Source: Thermoanaerobaculia bacterium
GTDB taxonomy: Bacteria > Acidobacteriota > Thermoanaerobaculia > Multivoradales > Multivoraceae
Length of the DNA: 64,000 nucleotides
NCBI GenBank assembly: GCA_963664405.1
Contig: OY761158.1
Coordinates: forward strand, 2,688,001-2,752,000
Reading direction: 5' to 3'
A program made the position numbers and the translations under genes. This document shows, piece after piece, positions 38,068-47,100 of the stretch (positions within the stretch are counted from its first letter, which is position 1; each line of letters begins with the position of its first letter). The notes below the pieces were generated by a model. The model worked only from the letters and a program-made list of their open reading frames with translations, did no database searches and was not told the DNA's origin.

Positions 38068-38284
38068 CCTGTGTGGGGTGGCTGACTCGGCTTGGCAAGT
38101 TGCGACGGCTGCTGCAGCTCACGTGAGCCTCTCCAGAAACCGAGGCGAAGATCGGGGATCTTCCGGGATCTTCTGGTCGGAGAGGCCTCCCGCCTAACTC
38201 GCGTCGGCTGCCTTTCTGCACCCCACGAGGCCTGCAACTCACACACGATACGCGAGTTAGCGTTCGGCCCATTTATTGCACCCT

Positions 38285-38612
38285 ACGCGATCGAGAAGCA
38301 GAGCCTCACCCAAGCCATCCTGGCTGTCGAGCGCGGTCGCGATGGCGTCGTGAGCCGCCCTCTGCAGACGCTTGGTGTCTTTCGGCCGCACGGCGCTGAC
38401 GCCACCCTCCCCCAGACACAGCCCATCGTTCTCCGCGGCGATGGCTCTGGCGGTACGATTCGCCGCCAGCACCTCTCCAGTGCGCCCCAGTAAGACGACT
38501 CCGAGCTCGAGCCGATCCAAGGCCTCCACGACGACGCACCTCCTGTTGTCGGCAACGGCCACCAGCTCACGCAGCTTGAGAGCACGTCGCAGATGAGGGA
38601 TCAGGTCTCTTA
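38285..38612 (-). pseudogene. Middle part (PAS-like) of a LuxR-type regulator, split by ISAzo13 and 3'-truncated
   Basis: RDLIPHLRRALKL...ALDRLELGVVLL...VLAANRTA continues 40618-41101 in frame once the IS is removed. Confidence 0.8.
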
Positions 38613-38632
38613 GGGTCGGCGCGGAAATAACT

Positions 38633-39700
38633 TCACATTATCGCCGGAGCGTGTGAGGCCGAGGCGCCACAGGGCGGTCGCTGCATTGGAGGTGGTGGTG
38701 AGCTGAGCCCAGGCTGTGGGGCAAGCTCTTCCTGCTCGGTTCGCGGTCTCGGCGAGAGGGTGTAGTTCCACTTTCCTAGGAAGTCGCTCCTGGCCACCGC
38801 GAGCTGCAGCATTTCCTTGTCCGATACCCTGACTCCTTTCTGGTATTGGCGTTGATCACGGCACGGCTCGACGCGCAGTCCGGTGGATGTCGTCGTGTTG
38901 CGGACGAGGTTGACGAGGATCTCGAAACTCTCGAGAGGAACTCCGGCCCAGTTCTTGCTGATCTCGCTGAACATCCTGTGCTCGATGGGATTCCATTTAC
39001 TGGTGCCAGTTGGATAGTGGGCGACGGTGATGATGAGGCCGCACTTGTCTACGAGCTTCTCCTGGAGGTACTTCTTCCAGGCTCGAAGCCGTGCGCCGTT
39101 GCTTGCGCCGCTGTCGGCAAGAATGAGGAGACGCTGAGACGCCGGATAGTGAGATCGACCGTATTTGAGCCACCAGGTCGCGATGCTGTTGACAGCGAAC
39201 TCCGGCGTGTCCGACGACTGTCCGAGGACGAGAACGCCGAAGTTCCTCTGAAGATCGTAGATCCCATAGGGGGAGGCGATGGCGAGAGCTTCGGACCGGA
39301 AGTCGTGATCCTTGACCCGCTTGGCCTCGCGGCACCATGTCTGTCCCTGGTTCTTGAACCGACCGATCAGCTCCTTCTTCTTCGTATCGACGCTGATGAT
39401 CGGGTCGCCAGCGCTTGTGAAATCCTCGCGCAGTCGCTTGATGGCCTTGAACTGTGCATCACGATCTGGGGAGTTCCCCGAAGACAGACATTTCCTATTG
39501 CTCTTGAGGGAATAGTTCAGGTCTGCGAGCAATCGACGCACCACCGTAGCCGATACGATGATGTCAAGGCGTTCGGCAAGGCATTGGGCCACCTTTGCAG
39601 CGGTCTCGTGCGTCCATCTTTTTGATGACATGGGATCACCAGCTATATCGGCCTCGAGTATGGAATGGATTCCATCGACTATCTCGGGCGTTTTTTTTCC
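38633..39700 (-). CDS. ISAzo13 transposase DDE part (probably reached by a -1 frameshift)
   Basis: GDPMS..RWT, PDRDAQF, ISVDTKKKELIG, DHDF, PYGIYD, ADSG.SNG and SKWNPIEHRMFS motifs. Confidence 0.9.
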   Translation of the reverse strand, partial: GKKTPEIVDGIHSILEADIAGDPMSSKRWTHETAAKVAQCLAERLDIIVSATVVRRLLADLNYSLKSNRKCLSSGNSPDRDAQFKAIKRLREDFTSAGDPIISVDTKKKELIGRFKNQGQTWCREAKRVKDHDFRSEALAIASPYGIYDLQRNFGVLVLGQSSDTPEFAVNSIATWWLKYGRSHYPASQRLLILADSGASNGARLRAWKKYLQEKLVDKCGLIITVAHYPTGTSKWNPIEHRMFSEISKNWAGVPLESFEILVNLVRNTTTSTGLRVEPCRDQRQYQKGVRVSDKEMLQLAVARSDFLGKWNYTLSPRPRTEQEELAPQPGLSSPPPPMQRPPCGASASHAPAIM

Positions 39701-40461
39701 ACTCGTTGGTTGCCACCGCCTGCTCTTCGAACTCTTCCGCGCTCCACGGAGCCGCCGAAGAGCTCGCGACGTCCTTTTGCGACTGTATGAGGGTCCAGGT
39801 CCAGAAGATCGGCGATCTTCCGGTCGCCGCCATGCCCGAGCTTGGTCGCTTCCAGGCCAGCGAAGAGCCGCCGCTGGCGTTCGTCTAGCAGGCTGAAGAA
39901 TAAAACGATGGCAGCCCTGAGCTCCTCGGGGAGCACTTCTGGAACGAGGCTGGCAGCTACATCCTGGAGAGCCTGCCGTTCGTTGCGCATCAGCTTCTGC
40001 TGACGACGGCGCCCTGTTTCCGAGCACAAGTATACGAACCTCTTCCCAACTCTGGATCGTACGATTCTCTTGCGACGAACGAGGTGCAACATCGCGTGCT
40101 TGACCTCGACCTGCAGCAGGAGCTCGAGTTCAGAAGCCGTATAGCCGGCAGCGGACCGGTCCACGGCAGCCACCGCAGTTTCGAGGAGGCTGCCATGCCG
40201 ACTGAACCTCGCCGAACCGCACGACCACAAACCCAGATCGTCGAAATCGGGAATCTCGTTCAAGGTATAGAACCGCCCTCGATCCGAGTAGCTGGCCAAA
40301 TAGCCCAATCGAGACAGCGAACGGTAGACCGTCATGGTGGCTCGGGTTCCCATGGCGTCCTTGAGCTCATCCATGGTGGCCATCTGTTCGCTCATCAAGA
40401 GCTCGCGCACTGTTGCATCACGATCTTCGGCTCGTACCATTTGGTATAGTTCCCCTTCCAA
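39679..40461 (-). CDS. ISAzo13 N-terminal ORF (extra wHTH-like region + LDERQRRL..GLEA..LG.GG domain)
   Basis: Ends at GGAAAAAAAACG overlapping the DDE frame. Confidence 0.85.
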   Translation of the reverse strand: MEGELYQMVRAEDRDATVRELLMSEQMATMDELKDAMGTRATMTVYRSLSRLGYLASYSDRGRFYTLNEIPDFDDLGLWSCGSARFSRHGSLLETAVAAVDRSAAGYTASELELLLQVEVKHAMLHLVRRKRIVRSRVGKRFVYLCSETGRRRQQKLMRNERQALQDVAASLVPEVLPEELRAAIVLFFSLLDERQRRLFAGLEATKLGHGGDRKIADLLDLDPHTVAKGRRELFGGSVERGRVRRAGGGNQRVEKKRPR

Positions 40462-40617
40462 AAGAGGTGACAGGGAAAACTATACCAAATGCGGGCAGGG
40501 CTATGCTAGCTCTAAACCTTGCAAACAAGGCGCGTACCGGAGGATTATGCGGTGGCTGAAGAAGGGGGCAGTGGTATGGTCACCCCAGATACTGGAAACT
40601 TATTTCCGCGCCGACCC

Positions 40618-41101
40618 TTAGTAGCTGCTCTTCGTCGCGGCCAAGACTCTCTTGGCGATGAGCGCTGCAGTAGAAGGAGAACACGTAGAAAGCATCGGCG
40701 CTGTCGAGGACAACCGCACCCATCACATGATCGATCCCGAGGCGAGTGACGTACTCCTCGTAGAACTCGGTGCCGGCCCAGGGGATCTGTGGCATCCGCT
40801 CCGTGGATAGAACCGTGCCAGGGGGATGTTTCGCGGCTTCGTGGGCAAACGGATCCAAGCAGCCGAAGCGCGCCGAGTAGAGCTCGCCGCCGGAATCAGG
40901 GAAGGAGCTCGTCGAGTGGAGACTGCTCGCGCCTCGAGATTTGTCGACCTCGAGCAGGGCGGGATACACCCCGTCGAGCAACTCCTCGACCCGATCCAGA
41001 AAGCCCGTCCAGCTCCCTTCGAATGGACATTCGTAGAGCCGCCCGAGAAGACCGGCCTCCTGTTCCGACCACTGATCGCTCGCGCTCATTCGGCAATGCA
41101 C
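40618..41101 (-). pseudogene. N-terminal sensory part of the disrupted LuxR-type regulator
   Basis: LLGRLYE...LDPF...TEFYEEY pattern; interrupted at EEQLL. Confidence 0.75.
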
Positions 41102-41223
41102 CTTTCGCTCCCGACAGCCTCAGGGGGCGTTTTGAGCATGTCCGGAACGACGCCTGGACCCTAGATCCATCCTGGGCCATTCGCATGGCCACTCCGACTC
41201 AATCGGAACCGGTCGAAGCGGAG

Positions 41224-41940
41224 CTAGGCGAGAGAGCGAACGAGTTCGATCAAGGCCGGCTGTGAGCTCACGTCGAGTTTGGAGAAGACGTTCTTGAGAT
41301 GGTTTCTAACCGTGCTCGGGCTGATGAAGAGCTTCTCTGCGATGGTCGGGACTCGGTGACCCGCCGCCAGATGCGCGACGACCTCCTTCTCACGTGGAGT
41401 GAGAGACTCGAGCCTCGGATGCCCGAAGGGCACCGGCTTCCCCGTCGGCATCTGGGCCGCCAGGCCGAGGGCTTCGAGCTCGAGGGCGATGCGCTGGAGA
41501 TGCGAGCCCAGATCGTACTCCCCGCCTCCCAAACGCTTGGCCGTTTGCACCGTACCGAGCTCGATCAACAGACCGAAGCCACCGATCACGTCCCCCTTGG
41601 AGTCGAAGATGCGATGCGGAAGCGATATCGCCGGAAAGGTCGTCCCGTCTTTACGCCGAAGGGCGAGTAAGCGCGCCCGAATGTCGCCGGCTTGAGCCGA
41701 TCGGCGCTCCTCTCTGAGAATCACTCGCAGCTCGGACGGCACGAGTTCTTCAGACAGCTGGCCGAGTACCTCTTCTTCCCGGTAGCCGAGCCAGTTCAGA
41801 AGCGTCTGATTGACAGCAATGACCAGGCCCTCAAGGGTGGTAGCGACCAGCCCACAGTTCAGATCATCCAACGAGCCGAGTAGGCGCAGGGCCGGAGCGA
41901 GAGAGCTTTCCGTCGACCCGATCTCGGTGCGCTTGGCCAT
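41224..41940 (-). CDS. PAS domain + LuxR-type HTH transcriptional regulator
   Basis: VNQTLLNWLGY..EEVLG, RRKDGTTFP and LTPREKEV...IAEKLFISPSTVRNHLKNVFSKL motifs. Confidence 0.92.
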   Translation of the reverse strand: MAKRTEIGSTESSLAPALRLLGSLDDLNCGLVATTLEGLVIAVNQTLLNWLGYREEEVLGQLSEELVPSELRVILREERRSAQAGDIRARLLALRRKDGTTFPAISLPHRIFDSKGDVIGGFGLLIELGTVQTAKRLGGGEYDLGSHLQRIALELEALGLAAQMPTGKPVPFGHPRLESLTPREKEVVAHLAAGHRVPTIAEKLFISPSTVRNHLKNVFSKLDVSSQPALIELVRSLA

Positions 41941-42031
41941 AGAGCGACCAGCAGTCTAGCGCGAGACGCCCCTCATCGTGGCGGGTCAATCGCTCACCCA
42001 ATCCGCGACCGCGTCCTCAAGGCCGCCTGGC

Positions 42032-42793
42032 GGCACTGTCAACTTGGCCTTGGCCGAGGCGAGATCTGGCGTTATCAAGGGCTGGTCGGCTCGGATTCAG
42101 CAGGCGCACGTCACCTGCCGCCAGACGCCGAAAAAACGATCTCTCAGCGTACGGTGGTCGCCTGCGCTCACGAGGTGCCGCCCGACGCGGAAAAGGTTCT
42201 GGATGACTCCGTGAGCGGAGAGGAATCGCTGCGCCTGGCCGGGCGACTTGAAGCGGCGCATCTGTCGCTCTCGCTGCCGGGTCGGCTGATGGGAGACCTC
42301 AGCCCGATTGTTCGCGTACTGGCTCGTATCGTGCCTGACGGAGGGCATGGTGGTCCGATGCGCTGCGCCATAACTCCTCAGCTTGTCGGTCACCAGGAGC
42401 ACCGGTTCTGCCCCTTGGCCCTTCAAGAGCTTGCGGAAGAAGCGTTCCGCTGCTTTTCGATCACGGCGTGGCTGCACGAGGATGTCGATCACATCTCCGT
42501 CCTGATCGATGGCACGCCAGAGATACTGCCGCTGGCCCTGGATATTCACGAAGACTTCGTCCAAGGGCGTACTCGGTGCCGAACTTCCGGCACCATTGAC
42601 GGATGGTCTCGTAGGAAACGACGATTCCTCGCTCCGCCAGAAGATCCTCGACGTCGCGAAGGCTCAGGCAGAAGCGATGATAGAGCCAGACGGCGTGGCT
42701 GATGATCTCGGGCGGGAACCGATAGTCGCGGTAGCTGGGTGTGATGCTCTTCATGGGCCGACTCTGCCACTCATCGCTCAACCTGACAGTACC
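42032..42793 (-). mobile_element. IS6-family element with an internal deletion/frameshift in the transposase
   Basis: TIRs GGCACTGTCAACTT and AACCTGACAGTACC; the segment between EYA and DEVF is missing relative to the 25042 copy. Confidence 0.9.
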
Positions 42794-42801
42794 GTTCCAA
42801 T

Positions 42802-43607
42802 GGCACTGTCAACTTGCTGACAATGCAGCGAGTCTTTTGGCGTGATCGAAGGCCGAGTTCGGCGTTCAGCAGACGCACGTCTCCTGCCGCCAGACGAGGA
42901 AGGAACGGTCTCGAAGTACTCGGTGGTGAGTAGACCGCAGCAGGTGACGGCCGACTCGAAACAGGTTGTGAATGGCTCCGTGAACGGACAGGAAACGCTG
43001 GGCCTGGCCTGGCGATTTGAACCTTCGCATCTGACGCTCCCGCTGCCGAGTCGGCTGGTGGGAGACCTCCGCTCGATTGTTGGCGTACTGCCTCGTGTCG
43101 TGCCTGACCGAAGGCATGACGGTCCGGTGCGGGGCGCCATAGCTCCTCAGCTTGTCGGTCACCAGCCGCAGTGGCTCGGTTCCTTGACCCTTCAATAACT
43201 TGCGGAAGAAGCGCTCTGCTGCACGACGATCGCGGCGCGGCTGGACCAGGATATCGATCACGTCACCATCCTGATCCACGGCACGCCAGAGATAATGCCT
43301 CTTGCCCTGGATCGTGACGAAGAGCTCGTCCAGGAACCAAGTGTCACCTAATCGCCCCTCTCTCCGCTTCAGCTTTTGGGCGTACTCGGTGCCGAACTTC
43401 CAGCACCACTGGCGGATCGTCTCGTAGGAGAAGGTGATCCCGCGCTCCGCCATGAGATCCTCGACATCTCGGAAGCTCAGACAGAATCGGTAGTAGAGCC
43501 AGACGGCATGGCTGATGATCTCGGCCGGGAACCGGTATCCGCAGTAGCTAGGTTTGTCGCTCTTCATCGGTCCAGTCTGACTGCGACCGCCTCAACTTGA
43601 CTATGCC
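42802..43607 (-). mobile_element. Intact IS6-family element, 8 bp from the previous copy
   Basis: TIRs GGCACTGTCAACTT and AACTTGACTATGCC. Confidence 0.92.
42866..43567 (-). CDS. IS6-family transposase (233 aa)
   Basis: Same motifs as the 25042 copy, diverged sequence. Confidence 0.95.
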   Translation of the reverse strand: MKSDKPSYCGYRFPAEIISHAVWLYYRFCLSFRDVEDLMAERGITFSYETIRQWCWKFGTEYAQKLKRREGRLGDTWFLDELFVTIQGKRHYLWRAVDQDGDVIDILVQPRRDRRAAERFFRKLLKGQGTEPLRLVTDKLRSYGAPHRTVMPSVRHDTRQYANNRAEVSHQPTRQRERQMRRFKSPGQAQRFLSVHGAIHNLFRVGRHLLRSTHHRVLRDRSFLVWRQETCVC

Positions 43608-43880
43608 CCGCCCTTCAGTGCTGCAGCGAGGCGATACTCCTCTTGGTGCGAGTAGCTCCCGTGCTTGAAGAACGGGAGCCAACGAGCCTCGCTAATATCG
43701 CGCTCCACCTTTCTGTTCGGAGCGTAATACTCCACGCGCTCGTGCAGTAGCCCTGACTCCGAGAATCGGGTTTGGCGTGAGATCGTGTCGTTGCACCGCT
43801 GAAGGAACTCATCGACGTCAAGGATCTCGACACATGCATCGGCGTTGAATTCGGCAAATAGAGCCGGTGCCAGCTGTCTG
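43608..43880 (-). pseudogene. Fragment with a DUF2971-like K..SY..Q.EYR motif, cut by IS6
   Basis: RVEYY...PFFKHGSYSHQEEYRL; limits approximate. Confidence 0.5.
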
Positions 43881-43968
43881 GGCGCGTCCTCCCACACCGG
43901 GTTCTGCCGGTGAAATGGTCGCCACTTATCGACCTCTGTGTATACTTTCGTGGACGAGGGGAAAGGTC

Positions 43969-44646
43969 GTGACCAAGGTGGACATCTACAGCGGGAAGGA
44001 CCCCCGTGACTTGCCAGCATACACATACGCGCAGGCGAGCCGAATTCTGGACTTCCCCTCCGCAACAATACGTGCCTGGGTCGTAGGCACCACTTACAAG
44101 GGAGGGCGGTTCCGCCCCGTCATCTCGCGACCCGACGAGGAAGACTCGCGGCTATCCTTCCTCAACCTAGTCGAAGCGCATGTCTTGCGCGCCCTCCGCC
44201 TCCGGCATCGCGTCCCGATGGGCGAAGTGAGACAGGCCTTGGACTACGCAGAGCACAAGCTCGGCGTAGAGAGGCTCCTGATCCGAGAGAAGCTGCGAAC
44301 TGCGGATGGTCACCTGTTTCTTGAGAAGTTCGGCGAGCTAGTGCATCTCTCCCCGAGTAAGCAGGCCTACATCGAGACGGTCCTCCGGTCCCAACTCCAG
44401 AGAGTCGAGTACGACAGAGGGTCGTCGATCTGCCTGTTCCCCGTCATTCCGGGAGATGCCACCCGAAGGACGGTGCAAGTGAGCCCCAGTTTTGGATTCG
44501 GCGACCCGGTAACCTCACGTCGTCGCATCAGAACCTCCGTCATAGCTGACCGGTTCGACGCCGGCGAAACGATTGAAGACCTTGCGGAAGACTACGACCT
44601 AGAGATCCAAGAGGTCCGAGACGCCATCACGTTCGAAGCTGCCTGA
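43969..44646 (+). CDS. Antitoxin, HTH + DUF433 (VapB45-like)
   Basis: PAYT...A.RIL..P.AT...W, LSFLNLVEAHVL, GFGDPV and AGETIEDLAEDY motifs. Confidence 0.88.
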   Translation: MTKVDIYSGKDPRDLPAYTYAQASRILDFPSATIRAWVVGTTYKGGRFRPVISRPDEEDSRLSFLNLVEAHVLRALRLRHRVPMGEVRQALDYAEHKLGVERLLIREKLRTADGHLFLEKFGELVHLSPSKQAYIETVLRSQLQRVEYDRGSSICLFPVIPGDATRRTVQVSPSFGFGDPVTSRRRIRTSVIADRFDAGETIEDLAEDYDLEIQEVRDAITFEAA

Positions 44647-45076
44647 GCCGGTCTTCTTCTGCGACCGGAACCTTGCGAAGTTGTTCCCCAGGGCTTTGCG
44701 TGAAGGAGGCCTCAACATAGAGGTTCACGACGATCACTTCGATGAGTCCACAAAAGACGAGACCTGGATTCCAGTCGTATCTCAGAAGGGTTGGGTCGCG
44801 GTTACACAAGATCGGCGCATTCAATACCACAGCCGGCAAAGGGATCAAGTCATGCTCGCTGGTCTGCAGCTCCTAGTTGTCAGGGGGAAGGCGTCGAACG
44901 CCCTACTCGCCCAGAATTTCCTGCGAACGCAGCAGAAGATCTTCAAGTTCCTGAGGTCCCATCCCGGGCCATGGATCGCGAAGATTCTGGGACCTCCGGG
45001 GAACCCGCGAAAGTCCGGGAGCATCGAGATGTGGCTGTCCTATGAGGAGTGGGAGAAGCGATACCGCTTGCCGTAG
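44639..45076 (+). CDS. PIN-like toxin (VapC45-like)
   Basis: FFCDRNL, DETWI, GWVAVTQDRRI motifs; overlaps the antitoxin stop; start codon uncertain. Confidence 0.85.
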   Translation: MPEPVFFCDRNLAKLFPRALREGGLNIEVHDDHFDESTKDETWIPVVSQKGWVAVTQDRRIQYHSRQRDQVMLAGLQLLVVRGKASNALLAQNFLRTQQKIFKFLRSHPGPWIAKILGPPGNPRKSGSIEMWLSYEEWEKRYRLP

Positions 45077-45181
45077 GTGGGCATCGGTTGGGCGCCCTCC
45101 AGGAGCCTGAGAGCCCGCTTCTTTTCAGGGTCGTAGCTGCGGCGGTCGTAGACGGCTGTGTCTCGAGATCGATTTCTATGG

Positions 45182-45195
45182 AAGTTGACAGTACC
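45182..45195. mobile_element. Orphan IS6 terminal repeat
   Basis: AAGTTGACAGTACC, identical to 26836-26849. Confidence 0.75.
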
Positions 45196-45384
45196 GACAG
45201 ACGTCTCCTCACGGCGGCCTCAGTAATCGCTCTGCGGAGGAAGTAGCGGCCGGGGGGACCAAGCCCAGCCGATCCGGTCAAGAAGCGACCTTTGGTACTA
45301 TACGGCGCCCGCCGCGCTAGGCCGCGTGCGGCTTCCCATTGCCGGGCCCGAGCCGAATGCTTGTGTCCTTCACCGCGCACTAAA

Positions 45385-47100
45385 ATGAGTCCAGTGACCC
45401 GAACAGCTCCGCAAGGAACCGGTGGGCCTAGCGTCCTCGCCGCGATTGCCCAGCAGGCGCCTGTCGTGCTCGGCGCCTGGTCAGGGCGCGAGTCCGATCT
45501 CTGCACAGGGGAGGAAGCGCTTCGCGACGCTATCGCGGACATCCGCAGGCCTCTTTACGTGCTTGGCCGGAGTGCCGACGTCGGGGCCGGACCTCGAGTC
45601 GCCGCCTGCCGAGGGGAGGCTCGTTTCGGGGCCGAAGTGAATCTCCATCAGGGAGACCGCGCCATCGTCGGCCACGTCCTGCCCACGGGCTTGGGAAGCC
45701 TAGGCGACCAAGAGTTCCGAGCCGCCCACGGCCTCAAGCTCGCATGCCTTGCCGGAGCCATGGCCAACGGCATCTCGTCCGTCGAGCTGGTGGAAGCCAT
45801 GTCTCACGCAGGTATGCTCGGCACCTTCGGCGCCGCCGGCCTGCCATTGAGAACCATCGAGACCGCTATCGATCGACTGACCTCGTCGCTTGGCAGTGCA
45901 CCCTTTGCATTCAACCTCATCCACAGCCCCAACGAACCCGACCTCGAGCGCGACGTTGTCGACCTCTACCTGCGCCACGGCGTGCGCCTGGTGGATGCTT
46001 CGGCCTACATGCGCCTTACCCTCCCGCTCATTCGCTACCGCGTGAGCGGTATCTACCGCGACGCCGACGGCAGGGTGGTAACGCCGAACCGGGTCATCGC
46101 CAAGGCGTCGCGGGTCGAAGTGGCCACCCGCTTTTTCTCGCCGCCACCCGATGGCTTCCTACAGGATCTCGTCGCCAGCAGCGATATCACCGAGATGCAG
46201 GCACACCTGGCCCGCGAGGTCCCGGTAGCCCAGGACCTCACCGCGGAGGCGGACAGCGGAGGACATACCGACAATCGTCCAGCCCTAGGGTTAGTGCCGA
46301 CGATGATCGCGCTGCGGGATCGCATGCAGCGTGAATACGGCTATCAGGAACGCCTCCGCGTGGGTGCGGCCGGCGGCATCGCGACGCCCCATGCAGCGGC
46401 CGCGGCGTTCGCCATGGGCGCGGCCTACGTCATGGCCGGCTCGGTGAACCAGTCCTGCGTCGAGGCAGCCACCTCACCGGCAGTCCGGGAGATGCTCGCC
46501 GCTTGCGGGCAGGCGGACGTTGCCATGGCACCCGCCGCCGATATGTTCGAGATGGGCGTCAAGGTACAGGTGCTCAAGCGGGGCACGATGTTCGCGATGC
46601 GAGCCAGCCGGCTCTACGAGATCTACCGAGCTTGCGGCTCGATCGACGAGATCCCCCCCGACGAGCGCAAGAAACTCGAGGAAACGGTCTTTCAAGCGAC
46701 CTTCGATGAGGTTCTCACCGACGTGCGCGCCTACTTCCTCGAGCGCGACAGTGCTCAATGGGAGCGGGCCGAGATAGATCCGAAGCACCGCATGGCGCTC
46801 GCTTTCCGCTGGTACCTTGGCCACTCTTCCATCTGGGCGAATCGCGGTGAGCCAACGCGCCGCCTCGATTACCAGATCTGGTGCGGACCCGCGATGGGCG
46901 CTTTCAACGCCTGGGTGAAAGGAAGCTTCCTGGCCGAGGCGCGTAACCGTAGCGTCGTCACCATCAGCCTGAATCTCCTCTACGGCGCCACCGTACTGAA
47001 CCGAATACAAACGTTGCGTAGCCAGGGCGTGACTCTGAACCTCGAGCAGCAGCAGGTGCTGCCCCGCCGACTGGCACACTTGGAGCCGCACCTACCGTGA
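45385..47100 (+). CDS. pfaD: PfaD-family enoyl reductase of a PUFA/polyketide synthase
   Basis: AGAMANGI, FNLIHSP, ASAYM, EADSGGHTDNRP, GAAGGIATP, MAPAADMFEMGVKVQVLKRG and DYQIWCGPAMG motifs. Confidence 0.95.
   Translation: MSPVTRTAPQGTGGPSVLAAIAQQAPVVLGAWSGRESDLCTGEEALRDAIADIRRPLYVLGRSADVGAGPRVAACRGEARFGAEVNLHQGDRAIVGHVLPTGLGSLGDQEFRAAHGLKLACLAGAMANGISSVELVEAMSHAGMLGTFGAAGLPLRTIETAIDRLTSSLGSAPFAFNLIHSPNEPDLERDVVDLYLRHGVRLVDASAYMRLTLPLIRYRVSGIYRDADGRVVTPNRVIAKASRVEVATRFFSPPPDGFLQDLVASSDITEMQAHLAREVPVAQDLTAEADSGGHTDNRPALGLVPTMIALRDRMQREYGYQERLRVGAAGGIATPHAAAAAFAMGAAYVMAGSVNQSCVEAATSPAVREMLAACGQADVAMAPAADMFEMGVKVQVLKRGTMFAMRASRLYEIYRACGSIDEIPPDERKKLEETVFQATFDEVLTDVRAYFLERDSAQWERAEIDPKHRMALAFRWYLGHSSIWANRGEPTRRLDYQIWCGPAMGAFNAWVKGSFLAEARNRSVVTISLNLLYGATVLNRIQTLRSQGVTLNLEQQQVLPRRLAHLEPHLP

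Larger units (their letters stand above)
38613..40617 (-). mobile_element. ISAzo13-family element (2005 bp), 18-bp perfect TIRs, TTA target duplication
   Basis: GGGTCGGCGCGGAAATAA / TTATTTCCGCGCCGACCC; TTA at 38610-12 and 40618-20. Confidence 0.93.
18479..45195. mobile_element. IS-rich accessory island downstream of tRNA-Phe; right boundary uncertain
   Basis: Housekeeping genes stop at tRNA-Phe. Dense IS elements, pseudogenes and orphans follow up to the last IS6 end at 45182-45195. Confidence 0.7.

Noticed and set aside
37641-38122. GTGAGCTGC...GCAGCTCAC as MITE ends
   Set aside because: Only a 9-bp inverted match, with no target duplication.
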